Counted from the stretch's first letter, positions 40,715 to 49,795 are shown. The stretch is 64,000 nucleotides of DNA from Candidatus Sulfomarinibacteraceae bacterium (GCA_963769215.1 CAVYKX010000029.1:34058-98057), one strand, 5' to 3'. Program-made: numbers and translations. The notes: generated from the sequence alone by a model not told the origin.

Positions 40715-41341
40715 TCAGTCCTCCTCGCAGTTCGGGCTTCCAGGTGCGCAGGACCCAGATGAAGATTCCGATCAGGAAGAACGCACCCGGGGCGAGCACC
40801 ATCAGGCCGTTCGGCTGGTACCAGCCGCCTTCGGTGATCGAGCGGCAGGACCTGGACGCCGAAGAGCTTGCCGGAGCCGAGCAGCTCGCGGAAGAAGCCG
40901 ACGACGATCAGGATCAATGCTGTAGCCGAGGCCGTTGCCGAGGCCGTCGAGAAAACTCGCGCATCGGCGGGTTCTGCATCGCGAAGGCCTCGGCCCGGCC
41001 CATGACGATGCAGTTGGTGATGATCAGGCCGACAAAGACCGAGAGCTGCTTCGAGATGTCGAAGACGAAGGCCTTCAGGACCTGATCGGTGACGATCACC
41101 AGCGACGCGATGATCGTCAGCTGCACGATGATGCGGATCGACGGCGGGATCAGGTTGCGGATCGACCGACACCGAGAGATTCGACAGCGACAGCACGGCG
41201 ATCACCGCGATCGACATGACCACCGCGGTCTCCATCTTGGTCGTCACCGCCAGCGCCGAACAGATGCCCAGCACCTGGGCCGCGATCGGGTTGTCGTTGA
41301 ACAGGGGATCGAGAAGGGCGTCTCTTGTACTTGGTGTTCAT
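40715..41341 (-). pseudogene. nqrD: Na+-NQR subunit D, at least 3 frame disruptions
   Basis: MNTKYKR.., [65 protein letters not shown], in different frames. Confidence 0.8.
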
Positions 41342-42132
41342 GCGCTGCTCCCTTCCGCCCGGCAGCTTGCTCGAGGTACGGTCCGAAGCCGTTCTCGCCG
41401 AGCCAGAACTGCACGAGGTTGGTCACGCCGCGGCCGGTGAGCGTCGCGCCCGACAGGCCGTCGACCCGGTACGGGTCTTCGTCCGGCGGACCGGCCGCGC
41501 CCTTGATGACCTCGATCGCCGGCCGCCAGTTCTCGTCGAAGGCCTTGCGCCCCGGCCAGAGCGCCTTCCAGCTCGGGTTGTCGACTTCGCCGCCGAGCCC
41601 CGGCGTCTCGCCGTGCTCGTAGAAGGTGATGCCGACGATCGTCGTCGTGTCCGGCGCCAGCGCCAGAAAGCCGTAGAGCGTCGACCACAGGCCCTTGCCC
41701 TCGATCGGCAGGATGATCAGCTCGACCGCGCCGTCCTCGACCCGCTGGTAGACCAGCGCCTTGTTCGGGCAGACGCGTCAACCCGGCGTTGTTCTCCGGC
41801 GCCTCGCTGGCTCAGCGCCGGGTCCTTGGTCGCCTTGCGCTGGTCGTAACGTCGCGGCGTCCGACTCCAGTCGTCGTACTCGCCGGTCTCGAGATCGACG
41901 ATCTTGGCGACGATGTTGCTCTCGAAGAGCTGCCTCGACCTCTTGCGGCGGTTGCCGCCTGGCCCTCCTCGAGCAGACCCGCCACGACCAGGACCTTCTT
42001 CTGGCGGTCGAGGACCTTGTTCGGTCCTGGCGCTCGCTGCAGCGCCACCGCGGAGGTCGAAACCACGATCGAGCACACGAGGCAGACCGCGGCGGCGAAG
42101 CCGATGATGTAGCCGTTACTGTACGCTCGCAT
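41338..42132 (-). pseudogene. nqrC: Na+-NQR subunit C, at least 3 frame disruptions
   Basis: MRAYSNGYIIGFAAAVCLVCSIVVS.., KVLDRQKKVL, FMN-attachment region (SGATLTGRGV implied), NLVQFWLGENGFGPYL. ATGA overlap with nqrD. Confidence 0.8.
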
Positions 42133-42138
42133 TGCGCG

Positions 42139-43352
42139 CTACCTCCGCTTGATGTTCGCCTGCACAAAGAAGTGGTCGATGAGCGGCGCGAACATGTTCA
42201 TGAACAGGATCGCCAGCATCATGCCCTCGGGGTAGGCCGGGTTGACCACCCGGACCAGGATCACCATCACGCCGATGCCGAATCCGTAGATCAACTTGCC
42301 CTTCTCGGTGAAGGCCGAGGACACCGGATCGGTGGCCATGAAGACGGTGCCGAAGGCCCAGCCGCCGAGGACGATGTGCCACTAGAACGGCACGCCGAAC
42401 ATCGGGTTGGTGTCCGAGCCGACGAGTTGAGCAGGGTTGCCATGGCGACGGTGCCGACGGTGACGCCGACCATCGTCCGCCACGATCCGACCCGGGTGGC
42501 GATCAAGATGAACGCTCCGAGCAGGCACAGCGCCGCCGACGTCTCGCCCATCGAGCCCGGGATGAAGCCCAAGAAGGCCTGCCACCACAACTCGTTCGCC
42601 GAACTGGCCGAGCGCCGTCGAGCCGTCCGAGGCGGCCCGGGCCAGCAGGGTGGCGCCGGAGAACCCGTCGACGCCGGCGAAATCGGCAGCGATCCACGGC
42701 TTGTCGCCGGAGATCTCCGCCGGGTAGGCGAAGAACAGGAATGCGCGCGCCGTGAGCGCCGGGTTGAGGACGTTCATGCCGGTGCCGCCGAAGATCTCCT
42801 TGCCGATCAGCACGCCGAAGATCGCGCCCGACGCCACCTGCCACAGCGGGATCGTCGGCGGCAGGGTCAGCGGCAGCAGGAAGCCCGTCACGAAGAAGCC
42901 CTCGTTGATCTCGTGCTCGCGCACGCAACGCGAAGATGACCTCGACCGTCGCCGCCCGCTGCAAACGTGACCACGAAGATCGGGAGGAAGTAGAGCGCGC
43001 CGTGAACGAAGCAGGACCAGAAGTCCGGTGTGAAGCTCGAAACCCATGGCCTCGAACAGGCGCGTCTGCCAGGTGTTCAAGGGCTGGCGCTCCGGCCGCG
43101 ATCGCCCGCATGCGCCTGCAGGCCGGTGTTGTACATGGCGATAAAGACGATCGGGATCAATCCGGCGACGACCACCGTCATCATGCGCTTGAGATCGAGA
43201 CCGTCGCGCACGTGGGTCGTGCCGGCGGTGACCTTGTCTGGGGTGTAGAGCAGCGTGTCTACCGCTTCGAAGAGCGGATACAAGCGATCCAGCTTCCCAC
43301 CGGATTCAAAACGCTCTTCTTGCGTATCCAGGAAGTTGCGGAGGATTCGCAT
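42139..43352 (-). pseudogene. nqrB: Na+-NQR subunit B, at least 4 frame disruptions
   Basis: [89 protein letters not shown], in several frames. Confidence 0.8.
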
Positions 43353-44734
43353 CAGCCTTCCCTCCAAATCTCGAAGAGGTTGCGTCGCAGATGCGGACCA
43401 TAGTCCTCCTTGCCGGGGCTGACAAACGAGCACAGCGCGAGGTCTTCCTCGTCGAGCTCCAGACAGCCGAGAGCCTCGGCGCGCTCCAGATCATCGGCCA
43501 ACAGCGATCGCAGCAGGAATGTCGGCATGATGTCGAGCGGCATCACGCGTTCGAACATCCCGATCGGCACCATGGCCCGGTGACCTCCCTGGTTGTCCGT
43601 GGTGAAACTGTACCTGGTCGACTTGCTCCGCAGACACGACAAGTATGCCCGCGTTGTGGAGAATTTGTTGAATCCGGGCAACATCCAACCGAGGAACGTC
43701 CTCCGGTGGTTTTCAGCGATACACGAGATCTGGTTCGCATAGCGGCCGAGGAATCCCCAGACTTTACCCATCGCGACCTGCCCGCACAGAACAGATCCTG
43801 AAATCACCCGCCTGCCGCCGGGGTACAACTCGTAATCCATGAACGCATCGATCTCCGCACCGAGTCGGAGTTTCAGAAGCCTCGGTTTCCTGACCAACGG
43901 CCCTCCGAAAGCAACCACCCTCTCGACATCGATGCGGCCGGTGGCGAACAAACGGCCAATCGCGACGACATCCTGGTAGCCGACGTACCACGCCGTTTTC
44001 CTGCGGTGCACGGGATCGAGGGTGTGAATGTGGGTTCCCACGAGCCCGGCAGGGTGCTTGCCCCTGAACTCGTCGACCTGAACACTCGAAATGCTCCCTC
44101 CGTCCAGCGTCGAACCCTCGCCGCGGCACAGATAGACGGTACCGTCGGTGAGCTTCGAGACGGCAGCCAGGCCGAGGTGAAAATCTTCCCGCTTGGTTTC
44201 GAGCACGGCCTCGGGATCCGCGCCGAGCGGGTTGGTGTCAATCGCGGTGACAAAGATCGAATGACAGTCGGTGTCCGGTGCCGGGACTTTTGAAAACGGC
44301 CTTTGCCGGATCGCAGTCCAAAGCCCGGATTCCACCAGGAGATCGCGCACTGCCTCCCGGTCGAGGTCGGAAATTTCACGTCCGCTGAAACTGGAGAAGA
44401 CCTGGTGATCGTCATCACCGGTCGTTCCGTCACGTTCCGCCGAATTCAGCTCGATGACAATCGACTGCAGCGCCCTGCGCGCCCCTCGGTTGATCGCCAC
44501 GATTTCGCCCGCTCCGGGCGACGTGAACCTGACACCCTCGGTCTTTCGGTCCTCGAACAGCAGCTGACCTCGTTTGACCCGTTCGCCAATTTCGACGTGC
44601 ATCCTCGGCTTCATGAACGGATAATCGTCCGCGAGGATTGCCACCCGTTCTGGAGCCTGCACCGAGTCGATGCTCTGCACCGGCTCCCCGGCGATCGGCA
44701 GGTCGAGCCCCTTCTTGATGACGTGTACTGCCAT
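43352..44734 (-). CDS. nqrA: Na+-NQR subunit A (intact)
   Basis: 460 aa uninterrupted. MAVHVIKKGLDLPIAGEP.., with a one-base stop/start overlap with nqrB at 43352. Confidence 0.9.
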   Translation of the reverse strand: MAVHVIKKGLDLPIAGEPVQSIDSVQAPERVAILADDYPFMKPRMHVEIGERVKRGQLLFEDRKTEGVRFTSPGAGEIVAINRGARRALQSIVIELNSAERDGTTGDDDHQVFSSFSGREISDLDREAVRDLLVESGLWTAIRQRPFSKVPAPDTDCHSIFVTAIDTNPLGADPEAVLETKREDFHLGLAAVSKLTDGTVYLCRGEGSTLDGGSISSVQVDEFRGKHPAGLVGTHIHTLDPVHRRKTAWYVGYQDVVAIGRLFATGRIDVERVVAFGGPLVRKPRLLKLRLGAEIDAFMDYELYPGGRRVISGSVLCGQVAMGKVWGFLGRYANQISCIAENHRRTFLGWMLPGFNKFSTTRAYLSCLRSKSTRYSFTTDNQGGHRAMVPIGMFERVMPLDIMPTFLLRSLLADDLERAEALGCLELDEEDLALCSFVSPGKEDYGPHLRRNLFEIWREG

Positions 44735-44891
44735 GGCTTGCCCTTTTCCGCCCGAAGCGGCGCAACTCCGCTTCTGGGCGCACAGAGGATACCAAGGACG
44801 TCAAGCAGAGGGAATAACCGAGTTGCTCAAACCTGCACGAGCAATGTTAAGCTTTGGGAAATGATATCGACCCTTGTTGGGAGGTGCGCCG

Positions 44892-45422
44892 GTGGCAAAG
44901 ACCCCTATCGTCCGTAGTTTCATGAAGAAGGCCTCGCGCACCTTTCGTGTCGATGACTCGATGGCGGATTGTATGAGCGCCCTGGCACGTTCGTCTTTTG
45001 CGGCTATTCCGGTGAATGACGAGAGAGGCCACGTCGTCGGTCTGTTGAGCGAGAAAGACGTCCTCCGAACCATCATCGAATGGGCCTACGATGAAAGGGC
45101 GGGGGGAGTGGTGGGCGACTACATGTCATCACTCGAGGTCATCGTGACACCTGACATGGACTTGTTGACTGCGGCGCGAGCCTTTCTGGAGTGCGACTTC
45201 TCCTGCCTTCCAGTGATGGAAGGCGAGCGACTCGTCGGCCGCGTCACGCGCCACGACGTGCTGAAGGGTATCGAGCGGTGGGCGACCGAAATCAACAAGG
45301 AACGGGCGGGCCGAATGACCCAGACCTCGGGCCACGAAAGGCCTTCTGCCATGGGGGAGATCCAGAAGGTCGCGGCTTCCCACACTCGCGAGCAGCTGTC
45401 GCAGATTTTCCGGAAGAACTGA
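44892..45422 (+). CDS. CBS-domain pair protein
   Basis: Two CBS motifs (AIPVNDERGHVVGLLSEKDVL; CLPVMEGERLVGRVTRHDVL). GTG 44892 follows GGAGGT by 6 nt; the ORF-track start 44874 is an alternative. Confidence 0.7.
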   Translation: MAKTPIVRSFMKKASRTFRVDDSMADCMSALARSSFAAIPVNDERGHVVGLLSEKDVLRTIIEWAYDERAGGVVGDYMSSLEVIVTPDMDLLTAARAFLECDFSCLPVMEGERLVGRVTRHDVLKGIERWATEINKERAGRMTQTSGHERPSAMGEIQKVAASHTREQLSQIFRKN

Positions 45423-45542
45423 GGCGGCGCAGAACGATTCAGCAGCTGAATTCGTGATCGATCCGGAACGAGAAATTCAGATACTTCCGATATCGCAAAA
45501 TGTGGCGCGAATCATGCATCCTGCAACCGCGAGGAGAGGTCC

Positions 45543-46109
45543 ATGATGAAACGAACCGCCACCGGCGCCGTAGTCCTCATAACAGTCGTTTTCGTACTTT
45601 CGTGCTCCTCGAGCTCAATGCAGACTGACCATGACCACCAGGCAGATTTCAGCACCTACTCCTCATTTGCCTGGTTCTCGAACGCCGACAACGAACAGCC
45701 GTCGCCAACCGGCACGAATCAGATCATCGACCAACGCATCCGCCGTGCGATCGCTGCGAATGTCCTCTCCAAGGGGCTCACGCAGGCACCGCCCGAAAGC
45801 GCAGACCTCCTTGTCACCTACTATGTCTCCCTGAACCAACAATTGAGGATGTACTCCACCAGTTGGGGATACGGGTGGGGCTGGGGCGGGCCACACTGGG
45901 GATACGGATACGCATTCTGGCCCGGGTGGGGCCACACAACCGTTTCCACCTATCACGAAGGCTCGATCATCGTTGACATCGTCGATCGCGAGAAGGAGCA
46001 ATTGGTGTGGCGAGGGGTCGCAACCCGGGTCCTTGGCAAAAAGAGCTCATCCGAAGAGGAAATCGGCCAAACAGTAGAGCGGCTGATGTCTGATTTTCCC
46101 CCGATGTGA
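45543..46109 (+). CDS. DUF4136-like lipoprotein (paralog 1)
   Basis: Lipobox VLSC. Conserved frame DHD.QADFS.YSSFAW .. DLLVTYY .. EGSIIVDIVDREKEQLVWRG, with a W/G/Y-rich insert WGYGWGWGGPHWGYGYAFWPGWG. Confidence 0.6.
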   Translation: MMKRTATGAVVLITVVFVLSCSSSSMQTDHDHQADFSTYSSFAWFSNADNEQPSPTGTNQIIDQRIRRAIAANVLSKGLTQAPPESADLLVTYYVSLNQQLRMYSTSWGYGWGWGGPHWGYGYAFWPGWGHTTVSTYHEGSIIVDIVDREKEQLVWRGVATRVLGKKSSSEEEIGQTVERLMSDFPPM

Positions 46110-46126
46110 TGTGACAACCAATCAAC

Positions 46127-46162
46127 CTCGAGATACGTCAGATACTCGAGATACGTCAGATA
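46127..46162. repeat. exact 18 bp tandem duplication
   Basis: ctcgagatacgtcagata x2 between the two DUF4136 paralogs. Confidence 0.9.
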
Positions 46163-46180
46163 CCGGAGAGGAAGAGACTC

Positions 46181-46711
46181 ATGAGGCAAACCCTGCAGCT
46201 CATCCTGGCGGCCGCCCTTCTATCGTCGGCCATCGGTTGCTCGACCATGACGGTCCGCGCCGACCACGATTCTCAGATCGATTTCGGCTCCTACTCGACG
46301 TTTGCCCTCTTCGAACGCCAGGAAAAGCAGAACCGACGGCCTCAGATGAGCCCTCTGGTCGATCGCCGGATCGCTTCGTCAATGGCCGACGATCTCAAGA
46401 GCAAAGGACTCCGTTCCGCCACCGCGAGGGAGTCCGACATTCTGGTTACCTTCTACACCGCGGTTCGAGAGCGGGTGGTGATCAACCGGGCAGGCTGGTA
46501 CGGCTGGGGGAGATGGGGCTGGCACGGCGGCGCATCCTGGGTCAACAGTTTCCCCGAGGGGACCCTTGTCATCGACATCATCGATCGCCGCAAGCGTGAG
46601 CTGGTGTGGCGAGGTGTCGGCCAGGGCGCCTTCAGTTCCTCCAACCCGTCGGACGAAAAGGTCGCAAAAAGAGTGGCGAAGATACTGCGGAGCTTCCCGC
46701 CGGCAGGATAG
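46181..46711 (+). CDS. DUF4136-like lipoprotein (paralog 2)
   Basis: Lipobox AIGC. DHDSQIDFGSYSTFAL .. DILVTFY .. EGTLVIDIIDRRKRELVWRG, with insert GWYGWGRWGWHGG. Confidence 0.6.
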   Translation: MRQTLQLILAAALLSSAIGCSTMTVRADHDSQIDFGSYSTFALFERQEKQNRRPQMSPLVDRRIASSMADDLKSKGLRSATARESDILVTFYTAVRERVVINRAGWYGWGRWGWHGGASWVNSFPEGTLVIDIIDRRKRELVWRGVGQGAFSSSNPSDEKVAKRVAKILRSFPPAG

Positions 46712-46713
46712 AT

Positions 46714-47058
46714 CCACCCAACCGCCCGGATGCCGGATGCCGGATACCGGCCCATTTCGGATTTCGGATTTCGGATTTCCGCCCACCCTCCCGGTGGAGA
46801 AACCGCAGATCACGCAGATTGACGCAGATAACTCTGTCGGCAGAAAAGCGCGTTGACCGGAGGTGCCATCTTTTGCATTGTCCGAGCCTCAGCGTGCAAT
46901 CCGGCCCGGTCAACCGGTCGGTCAATGCTAAAGGTGGCTCCTTGGCGGGAAGCGCGCACACAGAAGAGCGCGAACAACTCGAGGAGCGCCACGCGAACCC
47001 CGTGAGTTTCCCGCGAGACTGGCACTCGACCGACTTATCGGGAACGGGATCGGGATCG
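46714..47058 (+). repeat. mosaic intergenic element, full copy E1
   Basis: Order: C-box, (GCCGGAT)3, (ATTTCGG)3-4, C-box GCCCACCCTCCC, three CGCAGATnn decamers, CAGAAAAGCGCG, V1 inverted-repeat arms (46859-46884 and 46919-46941), CAGAAGAGCGCG, GGAGCGCCA tail, (GGGATC) repeats. Confidence 0.85.
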
Positions 47059-47159
47059 AAAGCGCCACGCTTCCTTCACCGGAACATCACAGGCGAATTT
47101 GAGGTTGCACCTATTGGTACTCTCTGTGTTCGAAAACAAAAAAGACAAGGAGCGAGAAT

Positions 47160-48761
47160 ATGAGCGCAGAACGCCTGTACAGCAGCTATGGCATCGACAA
47201 CAACGGCATCACCAATGTCCGCAAGATCCACTGGAACCACAACACCCCTCTCTTGTACGAAGATGTCATCAATAACCGCGAAGGCCACATCACCCATCTC
47301 GGCCCCATCATCACCCGCACCGGCCTCCACACCGGGCGCGCGGCCAAGGACAAGTTCATCGTCGAGGAAGAGCTGACCAAAGAACACATCTGGTGGGGCG
47401 ACGTCAACAAATCGGTGTCGCCTGCGACCTTCGAAAACATGTTCCGCCGTCTCCAGGCCTACCTCCAGGATCGCGACGTCTGGGTACAGGACTGTTTTGC
47501 CGGCGCCGATCCTCGCTACCGGCTTCCGGTGCGGGTCATAACCGTCCGTGCCTGGCACTCTCTCTTTGCACGAAACATGTTCATCCAAGCGAAGCCCGAG
47601 GAACTGACAGACCACGTCCCCGAATTCACCATCCTGCACGTTCCGAGCTTCCAGGCAATCCCCGAGGTCGACGGCACCAACTCCGAAGCATTCATTCTGC
47701 TCAACCTCCGCCGCAAGCTGGTGCTCATCGGCGGCACCTCATATGCCGGCGAAATCAAGAAGTCCATCTTCACGGTGCTCAACTACCTCTTGCCCGAAAA
47801 ACGGGTCCTTCCCATGCACTGCAGCGCCAACATCGGCGGCGAAAACGACGTGGCGATCTTCTTCGGTCTCTCCGGCACCGGAAAGACCACCCTGTCGGCC
47901 GATCCCAACCGGCGGCTGATCGGCGACGACGAGCACGGATGGTCGGATGACGGAGTTTTCAATTTCGAAGGCGGTTGCTACGCCAAGGTCATCAAGCTGA
48001 GTCCCGAATCCGAGCCCGAGATCTTCGCCACGACCAGGATGTTCGGCACCATCCTCGAAAATGTGGGCTACGACGTCATCACCCGCCAGCTCGATCTCGA
48101 CGACGACAGCCTGACCGAAAATACCCGCGCCGCGTACCCGTTGAGCCATATCCCGAACACCGTCGAAAGCGGCATGGCAGGCCACCCCCGCAACATCATC
48201 ATGCTGACGGCCGACGCATTCGGCGTCCTGCCACCGATCTCCAGGCTCACACCCACCCAGGCCATGTACCACTTCGTGTCCGGCTACACGGCAAAAGTCG
48301 CAGGAACTGAAGCCGGCGTCACCGAGCCTACGGCGACTTTCTCCGCGTGTTTCGGCGCCCCATTCATGGTTCGCCCGCCGTCGTTCTACGCCGAACTCCT
48401 GGCCGAGAAGATCACAGCGCACGATTCGGATTGCTGGCTGGTCAACACCGGGTGGACCGGAGGGCCTTACGGCACCGGGCACCGGATGCCGATCGACCAC
48501 ACCCGTGCTCTGCTCAACGCGGCCCTCGACGGATCGCTGGCATCCGCCGATTTCGAGGAGGATCCGGTCTTCGGTGTCCGAGTGCCGACATCGTGTCCCG
48601 GAGTACCGAGCGAGATCCTCCGCCCCCGCGACACCTGGGCCGACCCGGAGGCCTACGACGCCAAGGCCCGCGAGCTCGCCGGCCTGTTCCACGCAAACTT
48701 CGAGCAGTTTGCCGACGACTCGTCGAAGGAAATCATGGAGGCGGGACCGCGACGGTTCTGA
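47160..48761 (+). CDS. pckA: phosphoenolpyruvate carboxykinase (ATP)
   Basis: 533 aa. AAKDKFIV, FFGLSGTGKTTLS, IGDDEHGW, GGCYAK, NTGWTGGPYG. Confidence 0.9.
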   Translation: MSAERLYSSYGIDNNGITNVRKIHWNHNTPLLYEDVINNREGHITHLGPIITRTGLHTGRAAKDKFIVEEELTKEHIWWGDVNKSVSPATFENMFRRLQAYLQDRDVWVQDCFAGADPRYRLPVRVITVRAWHSLFARNMFIQAKPEELTDHVPEFTILHVPSFQAIPEVDGTNSEAFILLNLRRKLVLIGGTSYAGEIKKSIFTVLNYLLPEKRVLPMHCSANIGGENDVAIFFGLSGTGKTTLSADPNRRLIGDDEHGWSDDGVFNFEGGCYAKVIKLSPESEPEIFATTRMFGTILENVGYDVITRQLDLDDDSLTENTRAAYPLSHIPNTVESGMAGHPRNIIMLTADAFGVLPPISRLTPTQAMYHFVSGYTAKVAGTEAGVTEPTATFSACFGAPFMVRPPSFYAELLAEKITAHDSDCWLVNTGWTGGPYGTGHRMPIDHTRALLNAALDGSLASADFEEDPVFGVRVPTSCPGVPSEILRPRDTWADPEAYDAKARELAGLFHANFEQFADDSSKEIMEAGPRRF

Positions 48762-48762
48762 A

Positions 48763-48949
48763 GGCCTGGGGCTTGAGGCTTGGGGCTTGAGGCTTGGGGC
48801 TTGAGGCTTGGGGCTTGGGCTGGGCTTGGGGCTTGAGGCTTGGGGCTTGAGGCTTGGGGCTTGAGGCTTGGGGCTTGAGGCTTGGGGCTTGAGGCTTGAG
48901 GGGATCAATGGGTGGGTGACATTCCGAATTCCGAATTCCGAATTCTCAC
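48763..48949. repeat. 14 bp (GGCTTGA+GGCTTGG) tandem array of about 9-10 units, G-box, (AATTCCG)n
   Basis: ggcttgaggcttgg repeated from directly after the pckA stop to about 48903 with one irregular unit (gggcttgggctggg). Then gggatcaatGGGTGGGTGac and attccgaattccgaattccgaattc. Confidence 0.9.
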
Positions 48950-48971
48950 TACCTGCTAAAGTGCGGCCCCA

Positions 48972-49712
48972 ATGGAGTGGTGGTACTTCCTCCTGCTCGC
49001 GGTAACGGGGGTCGTTGTCGGCTTCCTCAACGTGATGGCCGGCGGGGGGTCTCTGATTTCCCTCCCGATACTGATTTTCCTCGGTCTCGATCCAGCGATG
49101 GCCAACGGCACCAACCGTGTGGCCATTCTGATCCAGAACATCACCGCAGTCTCGAGCTTCCGGAAACAGGGGTACTCAGCTATTCGACAGAGCCTCGGTC
49201 TCGCCCTGTGCACGGTACCGGGCGCGGTGGCGGGGGCTGTCGCCGCGGTGGTTATCGACCCGATTGTGTTCAAGCGAATCCTGGGGGCCGTTCTGGTCGC
49301 TGCGGTGATTCTGATCCTTCGCCGAAAACCAACACCTGCGGACGACGACACTCGCGCCGACCGGCCCGTTCTCGCCCATCTCGCAATGGTCGGCGTCGGA
49401 TTCTGGGGCGGTTTCATTCAAGCCGGTGTCGGCTTTCTCATCATGCCAGTTCTCTACCAGCTGTTGAACCTCGACCTGGTCCGGGTCAACATGCACAAGG
49501 TTTTCATCGTCGGCGTCTTCACCATCCCCGCCCTCCTGGTTTTCGCTGTTTCCGGCAACGTCTGGTGGCTCGGCGGATTCGCGCTGGCGATTGGCAACGC
49601 TTCCGGCGCCTGGATTGCGACACGCGTCACGATTTCTCATGGGGACGCCGTGATTCGGGTCATTTTCGTCGCCGCAGTCATCGCCATGGCCTTGAAGTTG
49701 ATCATCGCATAG
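48972..49712 (+). CDS. TauE/SafE (DUF81) family anion exporter membrane protein
   Basis: 246 aa, polytopic. GFLNVMAGGGSLISLPILIFLGL..ANGTNRV and a repeated second half. Confidence 0.8.
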   Translation: MEWWYFLLLAVTGVVVGFLNVMAGGGSLISLPILIFLGLDPAMANGTNRVAILIQNITAVSSFRKQGYSAIRQSLGLALCTVPGAVAGAVAAVVIDPIVFKRILGAVLVAAVILILRRKPTPADDDTRADRPVLAHLAMVGVGFWGGFIQAGVGFLIMPVLYQLLNLDLVRVNMHKVFIVGVFTIPALLVFAVSGNVWWLGGFALAIGNASGAWIATRVTISHGDAVIRVIFVAAVIAMALKLIIA

Positions 49713-49795
49713 GCGGCGGTTGTGAAAAATGCCCTTCTCAGCGGATATTTCTGTATTATGTGGCACGAGCGTTAGCGATCGGTGGAGGTGGAGTC

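Noticed and set aside
46379-46813. Recurrent peptides GRVGGNPKSEIRN / FRISDFGFPPT / MQKMAPP in several small ORFs as evidence for a conserved small-protein family
   Set aside because: The shared peptides are translations of the DNA repeats (ATTTCGG heptamers + C-box; V1 inverted-repeat arm) in whichever frame is open. The ORFs have different frames, lengths and starts and no RBS, so the conservation is at DNA level.
48763-48949. Possible CRISPR array (also considered for the other tandem repeats such as 11731-11798 and 18461-18581)
   Set aside because: Repeat units are 7-14 bp and directly abut one another without unique spacers of ~30 bp. No cas genes are in the window. These are microsatellites, not CRISPR.
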